Source: Marsupella aquatica (Eukaryota; Plantae; Marchantiophyta). From it: DNA of 64,000 nucleotides. Positions 14,251-26,772 of this stretch are shown piece by piece (the stretch's first letter is position 1; every line of letters starts with the position of its first letter). Below the pieces are notes generated by a model, which did no database searches, was not told the DNA's origin, and saw only the letters and a list, made by a program, of their open reading frames with translations. Where the stretch lies: NCBI GenBank assembly GCA_973895155.1, contig OZ316892.1:25815233-25879232 (forward strand), in the 5' to 3' direction. The translations under genes were made by a program, and so were the position numbers.

Positions 14251-15059
14251 TGCAAATCTTGCTAGAAGTCTTCGAAAAAAGAACTCATCTTCAAACTTAT
14301 TTAACTATGCATGACTGAGGGTCCTGTTCTGACATATAGTTATGTCACTGCCAAAGAAAAACAAGCCTCTGGGTTAGACAGGAGACCAATAAAGTTGAGG
14401 GTAAACCAATAAGTGCCAGGAATGAAGAAAGAAGCACCAAAGAAGGGATTTGGTGGACTGTACAGATTTGGTGGACTGTTTTGGCAGCCAACACGATGTA
14501 CAAAACATATTCAAACTTTTTCAAACACACGCCTGAACACAAATAAAAGTGGTCAGTTTAAGGAAAGGTGAATATTTTACAGTGCTTCTGAAACCTCAAC
14601 ATGGATTTTGTGATGGAAGTTTTGGGAACATTGGAAGTAAATGTTAGCATTGACTTTTCAATATATACATTATTTGTAAAATTGAAAATTTCCAATAGAA
14701 TTTTATTGTGCGGTTCACATAACTTCTCTAATAAAAAACAAATAATGTTTTCACAGGTAGTAAGAGAATCAAAGTGACAAGAGATTCCAAGACACAGGCA
14801 GTTACGTGGCTGTCTGTCGAATGGAGTTTCCTGCCTTCACTTTCCCCGAAAAATTAAATGGTTCAATTTATTTTTTAATAAGATGGGTCAGGAATTTATG
14901 GCGATTCCAATGATGTTTGGTAGATTTTCCCTGCCGTCAAAGACAATAATTTGACCACTTTTAGGTGGAAGTATGTCGGTAGGGGACTGTAGGAGTAGGT
15001 ATATATGTTCCAAGACACGAGTTATTATTGGTGACCATTTCCTCCATCTGAGTAAACTT

Positions 15060-15570
15060 ATCCTCTCGTCATGATTAGAAAAACAGAAGTTACCAGAGTG
15101 GTCCCCCAACAATGGTTTGTTGGAATCTTCAGGAAGGATGTTCAATACTAAGATCAGAAACACATCACAAACTGCAAGGTTAGACACCAGTTTGGACATC
15201 CAAAATTAAAAAATAAGAAATAAAAATACTAAGATCAGAACACAAAACATAAATGGCTACTTTAAACTTTACTCATGATTGATCGCTATTTTTTCTCCCC
15301 CCTGGAATAGAGAGAGTTCAATTCCCAACTGACTTTTATTTCCAATGGTTTGGTGGCCATTTTATCCATTAGAATTTCACTTCCCGAAAGTCATCTCCTC
15401 TCTTCATGGTTAAATAACAAAAGTTACCAGAGTGGTCCCCAAACGAATGGTTCGTGGGAATCATTTGGAGGGACATTCAATACTAAGATTACAATATCTA
15501 ACATTAATAGCTCTTTAAAATGTTCTCATGATTGATCACTAAGTTTTCAATTTACAAATGACTTTATTTT
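15060..15570. repeat. ~335-bp diverged tandem duplication
   Basis: aagttaccagagtggtcccca...ttcaatactaagat at ~15087 and ~15421. Confidence 0.75.
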
Positions 15571-15759
15571 CAGTTGGTTGGGTGTACCCCTCACCTCCGT
15601 GGGACATCATCATCAGACGCCAACAAATTGACCCTGGACAGTTAGGTGTAAGGTACCCCGTTTATTTAAGAACATAAATATGAATGTTGGAAGGTCAACC
15701 TAGCCCAAATTGATTTTGGTTAAATTCATAGTCCACCCTTATTCAGTGATTTTCTAGTC

Positions 15760-15932
15760 TGCAGATTTTTGCCAAAATGTTAGCTCCTCCTGGAGTACAT
15801 GTAGTTTTAATTATGCACTCAGTTTGCAGATTTTTGCCATAATGATCCTCCTCCTGGAGTACATGTAGTTTTAATTGTGCACCCAGTTTGCAGAGTTTTG
15901 CCATAATGTTACCCCCTCCTCCTGGAGTACAT
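15760..15932. repeat. ~65-bp tandem repeat x~2.7
   Basis: tgcaga(t/g)ttttgcca.aatg...ctcctcctggagtacat repeated three times. Confidence 0.85.
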
Positions 15933-16056
15933 TAGTTACCTCCTGTACCAAGGTCAACTGCTGATGTGTTAGGCTCCTGCTTCCTTTGGGGTCGTGAATT
16001 TGTGATCTGTGTGGTGCAAGCCTTGGGGTGCATTCAGTCTCTTCTGTGTTTTGTTT

Positions 16057-16400
16057 TGTTAGATATTGTTTTAATCTTGTGACTCATGAACTAACTACAG
16101 TTAGGCTAACTCAGGTTAGGACTTAGCTAACGTTAGCGGTAGTGCTGTTGTGCATATAACCAGGGCTGATACCAGACCCTGGTGAAACTTAGTTTCATTG
16201 TTACGGAGCTAGTTGAGAGATAGGGAGAGCTTGTGCTGTGGATGCTTGGTATGGCCGGTCGGTCTAGAGTGCAGTAAAGTTCTTGTGTGTTCCCGTGGAC
16301 GTAGCCTCATGTGGAGGTGAACCACGTATCTCTCTGTGTCGACTATTGTGTGTTGGATGGTTCATGGACTTGCCGTTACGAATGTCGTCTATGCTTAACA
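16057..16400 (+). mobile_element. Solo LTR, Ty1/copia-like
   Basis: TGTTA...TAACA termini; flanks tgttt/ttttt give a 4/5 TSD match; internal TTCCCGTGGACGTAGCC...GGTGAACCACGT motif. Confidence 0.7.
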
Positions 16401-19400
16401 TTTTTCTTGCTTTAATTCTTTATCTTTGGAGGTGAACATTTTTTTTGCAACCCATAAACCTTTTAATGAAGGGGTCTAACTTTGGAAACGCTTGGAGTGG
16501 GGTGGCATTCCAGTATAGATGAAGATTTTCATGTCTTAACCTCCTCCTTATGAAGGCCTCTCTGGTGCATAACAAGGCCAAGGGCTGGAATCCATTTTTT
16601 TATGGACAATTGAAGATTGGTTCTTAGAGGTTTCCTTTTGTGCACTTATTTTGCATTTGATTTTGTTTACTTGGGATCTTTTTGGTTTATTCGTTTGTAC
16701 TCTATTTGACTTTTTTATAAAAACTTTGTGTATATTCACATTTTTTAATCAACAATTGAGAATTGTTAAGAAATTAGGACCTTGAAAGCAAGATGCAAGA
16801 AGGCCCTGAAAATCATAAATCCTTCCAAGGTCAAACGCTTGCCTATCATTAATGAGGCTTTGCCACATAATTATACACAACAATTTCAAGGAAGCTCGGG
16901 CACCTTACTTCATGTGCATTCCAGAAAGAGTGCTTGAGTGGACTTTTCCAGCCAATGGATAAGCTTAGTGGCGTCTGGACACCTGCTGAGAATCTTAATT
17001 ACCAGCGAAGTGGGAGTTAATTAATTGGAGCCTGTCGTTTTACGGAAATTCGAAATATTTAATGATTGATTTGGGAGTTTCAAACACTTCCCGCCAAGTT
17101 CTCACATGGGATTTCTTCGATGATTTAATTCTCATCGATAGTTATTAGGTACTAGATTTTCTGAAATAGATGCTAAATTCGAGAACTCACTAAATTTGAG
17201 AATTTCACAATAAATGCTAGCTGCCTCAAATTTATAGTGAGATCTCCGAACACAGAACAATTTAGAATTGGATGATTTTCACTAAATGCGTTCCACAGTA
17301 CTGCACTTGGATGTTGGACAGATATACATCATCCAGATGGTTGAACAAGCCTTTTGTTTTCTTGCCTGTCTCAGTTGATGAGCGGTAAAATTCAGCTTTA
17401 TTTTCTTGTAAGTATAATTTGCAAGCTAAAAGGTAGCCATCTAAGTTGGCGATGTGTGCCTTCAGGTTCAGGTTCAGCTTCAGTGGACTCTAGTGCCTCT
17501 TCCTTAAGGTTGTCCATAATATGTTCTTTTCAGGGGCTGATTTTGGATAGTCTAGATCATGTTCACTAGATTTTTTGATCATATGTATTTTTATACTCTA
17601 ACTAGCATGCTCTCTGATTAACCATCAAACACGTCTGGGCTCTTTACCTTGTTCTGGGGTGGGTTGGGAGCTTGGGTATAGGCAAACGTTTTTCCATATG
17701 AGTTCTTTCATTTTCACTATTTCATTGCTTGGCTATAGCCTTCTTCCATATGGGTTCTTTCATCTTCATTATTTCATTGCACCTTTGGCTTGGTCTACCC
17801 CACGCATGTCTCTTGTGCTAGCCCACTTGTGTTTATGGGGTGTATTTGCCCCCCTGCCCTCCATATTCTCCTGTGTGCTCATAGGCACTCTCTTGCATTT
17901 CCATGTATATTTGCTGTACCGTGTTTGCCTCGTCTAAAAGTTGCAGGCAAGGTTCAGGGAAGGAGAATTATGATATTTTGCATCGATCAGCAATTTTGTC
18001 CTTGGAAGAAGCTACAAGGAGGAAAGTTTTTTGGTCTTTCGTTTTGTTTTAAAAGAATTGGCATCTGCAAGGAAAGTGTTCTGTCGCTGATCTCGTGAGA
18101 TGGATGGCTGCGTATTATGGTATTATGGTGCAGTCTCTGTGAATCTCAAATTCGTACCCGGCCAACGAAAGTTCTGTCGAGTCTGTGATGAGCTCCTTCC
18201 AAGCTACGAGGCACGTGGAGAACCAGGTGCCTGGGCCTTTCCACATACAAAGATCGAGTGCCAGTATTCTTGGAGTCACTGTTCTTTTCGTGATGGGATG
18301 GAAACTGTATGCTGCGCTTGTTCTGGATTCAAACTGTGGACCCGCAGAAAGGTTCTGCTCAGCATCTGAAGGGGAGCACTGAAGCTACCAAGTTTGGAAA
18401 GTCTTGCTCACAGTCTCGTCGTGAACAAGAACGGGTAGAATGCCAGAACAGAGGAAATTCTATCAAAATATATTAAGAGAGGACCGGATCATAGTATGTA
18501 ACGTAGCATCCCTCTACTCAGTTTCAAATTCGGATCCGGAGGAAGGTTCCGTCATACATGTGATGGAATGTTTGTCTCAAGGTGCATGGAAGGTGCGACG
18601 TGGAGAGCCTTGTCAGCTGTTCCATTTACAAGAATCAGCAGCTTCTAGTCCTCAGGATGTTAACTTTGGTAAGTTGATGCACACACTTTGCGCAGTTGCG
18701 TTCTGTCGTTTCCCTGTATTGAAAAAAGATAATGATTTGATTCATGAGAATGAGCAATGCCGCTGTTATAATATACTTTAATTTGGTCGTCATACCATTG
18801 TCCTGGTGCGCGTTGATCTTGTCATCTCTCTGTCCAATACTTGTTTGATGCAGCTGTGTTCCCCCATTCCTAAAAGTATGCAAGTTGGTTCCCCATGTGA
18901 AGATTCTGTTTTGTTGCTGGGATGGCAAACATCTCGTGCCAGATTGCAGTTTGGGAGCTTGGACGTTTTTCTGAGTATTGTTTGGTTGACACATTCCTTG
19001 TCTCTTGCATGGAAACTCCTAGATGACTGCTATTTCATTAATAAATAAGGATCGCTCTCGGCTGGGATAGTGGGGGCGATTGTTGTAATATTTTTCTTTA
19101 CATGCGTAGGAGTACGTATTGAATTTCAATTCAATCAGGATCCAAACGGTAACTCTAAAATTTTCAAGTACGCACTTTTTTCTATCTATCGCTGTCTAGT
19201 TCACGTTGATACGCGTAGAGAGGCTACTCATTCTGGTGAAGATTGGTTTCTATCTTGCTTCTGGATGAATTTGGGTTAATTGGCTCGTTGCATTGCAGTT
19301 TGTAACACATAGTAAAAGGGGCAGTCTACTCGGAGATGAAAACATTAACCGAGAAATTAGCGGTCGAAACAAAGCTGTAGTGTTTTCATTTTTGTTTCTA

Positions 19401-21166
19401 GACCTGTAGCGGCGATTACGATGTGACACCAAAATACAATTCCTGAAGCAGGCATGCAGACAAATACCGCGGGTCACACTGGTTACGGCAAAAATAATTT
19501 ACTGAGACAATGAGCCTGCTGCTATCCTGGATCTCAAGAACATCTTTGAAAGGACGGTGTACTTGTTGTAGGCCAATGGGAGCTTACTATTTGTAAGTTT
19601 CGAGCCATATTTGGTCAGACAGAAAGACAAGGCACCGCAGGTCACGAAGAAAGAAAGACCCTGACAGTGTTGTTTTTGGTATCTTATAACATGGTCACAA
19701 GAACAGTAACATTTCCAAGATACCAACGACCACAATCTCGGCTTTCTCTTTATCTCAGATACTCTGGTAGTTGCATGCTAATTACACCTTCATTAGAAGG
19801 GCTTTTGTTTTGCAGACAAACCAATACTGGGCGATAAGCTCGAAACAAAGTCCCACATTGGGACAAGTTTAGACGTAGGGAAAGGGCCAAGCTCCAGAGA
19901 CTTTCTGCTGGAGACAGTGATACTTATTACTGAGAGGTTAGGGAAGGTGGAGAGTGTAGAGCCTGGAGTCTTCATTAGGCCCCCAAATACGATTACGGAC
20001 AACTTCTCAACGGACCCAGCCAGCATGGTCGTAGTGTAGGGAACAAGCACGGTGCATATTACATAGTATGAGAGGAAAACTGAGAAGTATTAAGCTTGCT
20101 TGTGGATTGGATATCACAAGTTTGTCGTGTTTCGGAGAGGAATATGCAGACTGAAGGAGAGCAGTTCCAGTGTTTGCAGAGAGGGAGCGAGGGTCGACTA
20201 TTGCGTATCTTGAGCTAACATCGGATTAACTGATATTCGGAAAAGAGAAATGGAAAACCGGTGTCTTACTTGTTGGACGAAACTGCCAGGCTGAGTGACA
20301 GGATACCCAGGTGAGATAGGAACACTTGTCCGTTTGGTTAGAGAGTGATGCTTTAACTGTTCACTCGAGACACAAGCCTGATTCCTTGTCGTGTCTGGAC
20401 TGAGATGGTTTTCAAAAATTGCTGCCTCGTATAGTGCTGTGAGACTATGTTTTGGGGGAATTGGGGCCTCTAAAAGAATCCAAGGGTGTCGCCATCGTAC
20501 AGGAGATAAGGACTTTTGAGAGGCTGAGCATTGACAACTGAGTAATAGTTGAGGCTTATTTGGCTATTGAAGTTGAATTGTTCTCCGTAATTCCTGCTCG
20601 AAATGAGTTCCTCATATTGAGTCCAAACTTGCTGCAATGGTGCTTAATTAACGCTCACCGCCCTACAGTAAATGAGTGTAACTCGCCAGTTTAATTTGAT
20701 GAGAGAAAATGCAGAAAAGCAGAATTGTCCATGTTTTGCTACAGCCTACATATCAGTTCAGAAACTGTATCGTGTTTATGTAATGAAGTGAATCTGGTGT
20801 CACAGTTAGCTTGATTTTGTTTTATTACATGTGAGGGTCGGTTTGTTTGAAATTAGATTAAGCAAAAGTATTTTATTAGAAAATTGATCTTATTGACTGG
20901 TTAGGCAAGGGCACATGAATAGAGTGAATTTGCCCAGGAACAGGATATAAGGGAAATTTACACTGAGATGCTAGCAGACATCGCCTCTAAACAATTTCTC
21001 CTACAATTTCTCAATAAACCATCGGTGGTCTCCATCCTATTCATGTCACTAATCTCCTGCCCGAGGTCCAAGCTCAGGGTCTCTACCATGTATCACGTCG
21101 AGTGAGCAAAACGTTGTGGGTTTTGATCCGTCCTGCTCGGATATTATGAAGCCATTAGCAACATAG

Positions 21167-21946
21167 AAAAAGCCGAGACAGTATTTGAAACATTCGATGA
21201 TCCGAAGCAGGCTCAGGAACGGGGCACTGCTCCGGCTATTGAACAAGTGAGTCCTTAGACCTTGTGGGCAGACTGTACTGTTTCTTCTTAGATGTAGTGA
21301 ATCCTACATAAGGTTACAAGACTAAAACACTTATTTCTCAATTGTGCCAGGTACAGGTTGTGTAGGGCTGTCGTTGACATCTTCTTGCCCTGTAGGCTAT
21401 TGATCTGGTGGGCAGGTGACATGCTAACTAACCAGCTGCTGCAATTTCTCTAGGGAGAAATGAAAGGCGTGGATAAGAGCCCTAAATATCTGTTCAGGTT
21501 ACCTGTGAACCTTTGAGACTATACCCAAGACCGCACAGAAAGAACAGGTACCGTAGTCCGTTTGTGACATGTTCTGTAGTGTTTACAATTTGAGTGAGTC
21601 AACACTGCTATTCGATTCTGGCAGAGCGGCACATACTAATTAAGCTCGTGCAGGCGACAAGAGAACCCTGATAGCCCACTAGCAGCTCTTGGACTTATGC
21701 AAAGTTTTGCAAAGCAAAGAATAGCCGGAGAAGATCTTTCTGCACTCGACAAGCTGGTGAAGACACTCATCCGACTTGGTGACCGCAGGTTGGTTGTAAC
21801 CACAATTCTGCTTCCTTTCTGTCTGCCTCATCGCTTTGATGAGAACTTCGTGAGATAGGATAGGATTAGGGTTCCGATATAGAATAATTCTCCATGTCAG
21901 GAGATTCTGGTTGGCAACTTATCGGGTTACTTGTTTGGCCAGATGA
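21167..21946 (+). CDS. 3' exons of an unidentified spliced gene or pseudogene
   Basis: Phase-consistent GT-AG exons 21167-21246, 21654-21788 and 21901-21946 give KKPRQYLKHSMIRSRLRNGALLRLLNKRQENPDSPLAALGLMQSFAKQRIAGEDLSALDKLVKTLIRLGDRRRFWLATYRVTCLAR*. A CTAAT branch site precedes the second exon. The 5' part is unresolved. Confidence 0.4.
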
Positions 21947-22301
21947 AGTGCTAGGATGTTCAATCGCGTGACCTGATGTGTTTCCAAGTTTCCTACTCAT
22001 TACTTCCCAATTAACATCAAGAGTTCTAGAGTGCCAACGCCCAGGTTTGAAGAAGATAGCGTTCAAGTACGCCTCTGATGCTAATGAACCCAGAATATAG
22101 GAATGAACAAAGGTGCTCTGCCACCCAGTTACTCATTCCTTAATATGGCCCGAAACCTAGACTTTCTAGTGTCAACTCATGATTCAAGAACATCTCCTCA
22201 CAACACTCCTCACAGCCAAAATAAGGGTTAGAGGCGATCGCTCACGCGAAATGTGACGGGGATAATGAATGAGAGAGGATTGTCATCGATTAAAAAGTCG
22301 T

Positions 22302-25300
22302 TCAGTCACGCCCTGTTTGGCTCTGGAACTCCCTTAAACTCGACAATTTTCTGAAAACTTGCTGAAGAGCGCAATATGATTCGCTGTAAGCCATATACAG
22401 TTCTTGGTATTTCTCTTGCTCAGCAGAAGACGGACTGAAAGTGCTCTTTACCTGAATCCAGCTCCCTGCACAACAAAATGCCACTAGGTGAAAATGCTTC
22501 AAATACTCTTCATCACCCGAGCAAAACGAAGGAAGAAACCTTCGAAACTGGGCTCTGATGTGTTGCTGAATTCCTCAATGCTTTGTAGGTGGGATCCACT
22601 AGAGGATGTAAAAGGGACCAGTCCATCCGCCATTACACTAAAGGTGCGTTAAAACTCGTGATTACACATTCAGTTTACCGATAATTAAGCAACAAGCAAT
22701 TTATGAAAACTTCTGCAAGGGCTAAATCTTCCATAGACATGCCTATTTCAGTTCAATGTGAAGGAGTGGACGAAGCCTCTTCAGCTTACCAACAGGAGAC
22801 TCTGTAGATTGCCAACCCAACCATTTTCCTGCAAGCAGAGCAGCTCCTTTAACACCGACTTCCTGGAGTTCACCACAATAATTAAAAAATCATGTCATAT
22901 CTGCTCTCTAGCCAAAGGAATGCAACCTCATGCTATTGTTTACTTGGCTCTCGTAAATAAGATTTCTAGTATGGTGGCTAAAGTTCTGTATATGCTTTCT
23001 AGCCAAGGAATGCAAGCTCTTGCTATTGTTTACTTAGCTCTCATCAACATGAATTTATCTGGTGGCTACAGTTCTGTATCTGCCATTTAAAGAATCAGCA
23101 TCAATTTCAAGAAAATATTCAGCATCAATGAAAGTAGTGGCATGACACAGCAAGGCAGGTACAGGTCAGGGCACTAGATGGCAGCCTTTTCACATGTTAA
23201 AGCTGTCAAGCTGTTCAAAGGAAATGCCAGGGCAGGGCACTAGATGGCAGCCTTTTCACATGTTATAGCTGTCAAGCTGTTCAAAGGAAATGCCAAATAA
23301 TCACCATGTACAACTGCAGTGATGCTGAAAACCACCTGTGCATCTTCAAGGACCTCAACTGTCTGACAAAAAACACCTGCCATTACAGCTGGCCAAAGTG
23401 GAGACCTGTTTGAAGCAGCAAAGACCAATTTGACTCATTCCATTGAAGAAACAACTTTCACATTCTACAAGTATGTGTCGATAAGCAATACATACTGAGG
23501 CAGAAGACATTCTCTTAATAGCACACGAAAACCCAGATCAGAAAACAATTGTCTACAAAAAACCTATCCATAAAAAGGGCATAAACCGGCATAAGCCACA
23601 CGATATTTTGAAACAAGAAGAAGAAGCATGACATTTAAAACCAAAGACGAAAAATCCATAAAAGGGCATAAACCGGCATAAGCCATATGATATTTTGAAA
23701 CAAGAAGCAGAAGCATGACATTTAAAACCAAGGACAAAAACATTTCTAAGTAAAAAATTGACATGCAGATTTTTTTGTGACCAAAATCGATACGAAAAGT
23801 TTCTGAAATTGTGTACTAAGTAAAAGTTAACCCGAGTTAGATGACATATCTTTGATTTAAAATAAAACTTGGAGTACGAAATTTGGATAATACACACGAA
23901 AATTCGGTTAACCTTTCGACTAATAAACAAAAGCTGACCACTTTCATCCACTTTCTCTCAAAATACACATGGAAGAGGCACGGCAATTACGAAAAGGGTT
24001 TAGAGATCATTTGTTTAGAAATCATTTGTTTAGAGATGATCGGCAGTGCAGTGCAATCCCTGTGTGTTGATTACCTGGCTCCACCACCAACAACACGAAG
24101 AGGTCCTGAGAGATCTGTGAGGAGAACCAACGTGATTAGAGAGGCAGGTGACATCCAAATAACACCGCGAGCCGCTCCTTGACAGAATTCAAGGTCGTCA
24201 CGAGCAGTATCAACGATCTGAAATATGGTACGACAGGACACAGCGACAAGGTATCCTAATATTGCCTCATATATGGATACCTTCTGGGAGCTGCTCACTG
24301 GACATCGCGTCTCTTGCAGAACGCATTGCAAATGCGACACCTTCCATCACCTATTCAGATAAATAAATCTATTACTTCCCACAAACTGGATATTGCTCTT
24401 GACCAACAATCAGGTGGCCAAAAAAGCAAAATAGCGTCCTGCTAGATTGCAATATGTACGGAACTTACGAAGTGCACACTACTCTCTCCAGAGTGAGAAT
24501 CAGCAACTCTGAAAGGATATATCTACTTATGCTAGAGAAAATGGCTTAAACAGGAGCAATTTTTAGCTGTGGTGTACATCGCTTCGGCACAGAATTTAGA
24601 AGATACGGACGGCTTTTTCCATGAGTGAAGTATCATAAAACGTACATGACAACAATTGAATAGAGAATTATCAGATAACTCACGGCTCGAAAAAGATGTG
24701 CACGGGAAGTAGTTGCTGATATTCCAAGAAAACACGCACGGGCATGGCGATCCTCAAATGGGCAGCGCTCACCTGCCCAGATATTAATTGGGTGCCAACC
24801 CATATGATGAGTTCTACCGTCCTGTTTTGGATTTCCACGTACTTAACGTTCCAATTCATTACTCTGGCTCTAGCTGCAACTATTCTTTTTGTGATGGATT
24901 TTTTTGATTAATTCATAGCAGCGGCAGGCTAGGTTAGCAAACAGCCTGCAAACCTCACAAGGAGCAGTCCCAGAGCAAGGACATACATCTCAAGGCACAT
25001 TGACATAAATTGAGGCCTCTGTTCTGAAAACGAAAAGACCGCCACCCTCAAGACGTAATATAATTTTAGATGCAAAATGAAAGTGAGGGAAACAGTCGTA
25101 CTCTCGATAGGTCTACAGTCGCTTAACTTAAGGAAGGCAATAGAATACCATTTAAATAAGGAAGATAGAGGAGGCCTCCAGATCCTGCTGGTACCGATGC
25201 AGCCAGTCTGTCGAATTCTTTCCAAGTAGCAGTTTCTGAATAACAAGATTTGCGATTTCAGCTCAGTGCCTTCTTTCATGACGAAAAACTATAGATATCA

Positions 25301-26724
25301 TGTAGCTCATTGCTGTATGCGGAGAAAATTTTAGAATAGATGAATCTTTACGAGACAATTAAACGGGATCATGCTGCACTTTCCTTTCACCTACGAAAAC
25401 AAGGCCTCCAACTCTTCCGGTTACTGCTACAGAGGTATGTCCTAACAGTTGAAGATTAGAATTGCTGCGGAGCAGTCATGCCATGAGCGGAAGATTAACC
25501 TTTCCCAGGGGATGAGCCGAGATTTGCTGCTGCCCATTCGAGATTTCCCCCTGCGTTCAGGATAGATCCTGCGTGCACATAATCTTCTCTCAAGTTTTCT
25601 TCCCATTTGTATGAAGGAGGATCTTACACAAATTTTGATATTCCATAAAATCACTTATCAATACAGCAGTTACAAGGGAGAGAACAGGTACAGTTAAATG
25701 ACCTGTTTTAAACACAAGCGATGATTCAGGATGCGCGAGGGTGAACACGCCTGATGGATTGGGCATCTAGAAAATTCATACTCACCGTGTCAAAGTCAGA
25801 GGTCTCCAAGACAAGTATATGCACTTGGAAAGAGTCGATGAAACTAAACTGAACGATAAGAATCAGAGTCCACTTTCCTTTCATCCTCCAGCACTAGTTC
25901 ATGTAAGTCATTCTCAAATCCCTATTCCAGGAATTTCATTTTTCCCTTTGTGCAGAAAAAACTTACGAATCCGCTGTTGCTGCTAGAGTTCCGGAGAAAC
26001 GATCCTGCCACCCACCTGAGAGTTTTCTGTCGTCAGTTATTGGCAATCGCAAAAACATTGAAAAATCGTGTAGGTAACAAAAGCTTAAATCATAATCAGT
26101 CCAAGACGCAAAAGTCGGCTGACTACACCTGTTACCATACCACTGATACTAAGATACTCTCTACGCAAAGTGGAAGACCAGCGTCATCCATTTGGGTAGA
26201 CTTACCCGGATGTCCCTAGATATGCATACAGAGATCCAAGAGCACCTGCACCTGCCCTGGTTCATAAGGCCAAAGTCTCTTGACGTAAGGGCGAATATTG
26301 CATACATTCCTATCCACCCATCCCAAACCAGCAAACTTGGAAAGAAAACATCATTCTCCAGTACAGTCAGCTAAGCGATGTGGAAACAGAAATTACCCAA
26401 GAGTGCAAGCACCAGCATCACCACAGACATGCAACACAGGTAATCCTTGAAGCGCAGCACATCCTAACTCCACAGCAGCACTGGCACTCACTTCCCCTGG
26501 TGGATGTCAATTCCTTTGGATATTAAGTCAAGTGATGATGCAACATGCTATTGCGAGACACTATGAGCAAGGGAGTGTGCCGTATATGAACTCCGGGACC
26601 AATTTCAAAAAACAACTTGCTGTCGTTTCATCAAAATCCTGCTAGTTTTATACCTATAATTTTAGGCAAGCATTGGAAGAACTGCATAGTGCTCGGAGCC
26701 TGTAGGACCATGTAGTATGGTTCT

Positions 26725-26772
<48 letters not shown>

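Noticed and set aside
4492-16400. One full-length LTR retrotransposon bounded by the two LTRs
   Set aside because: The LTRs are in opposite orientation and differ in length and sequence; no PBS, PPT or gag-pol was seen between them.
17659-19048. Chain of 65-120 aa Cys-rich ORFs as a zinc-finger gene
   Set aside because: No consistent Cys spacing or splice-phase path could be built.
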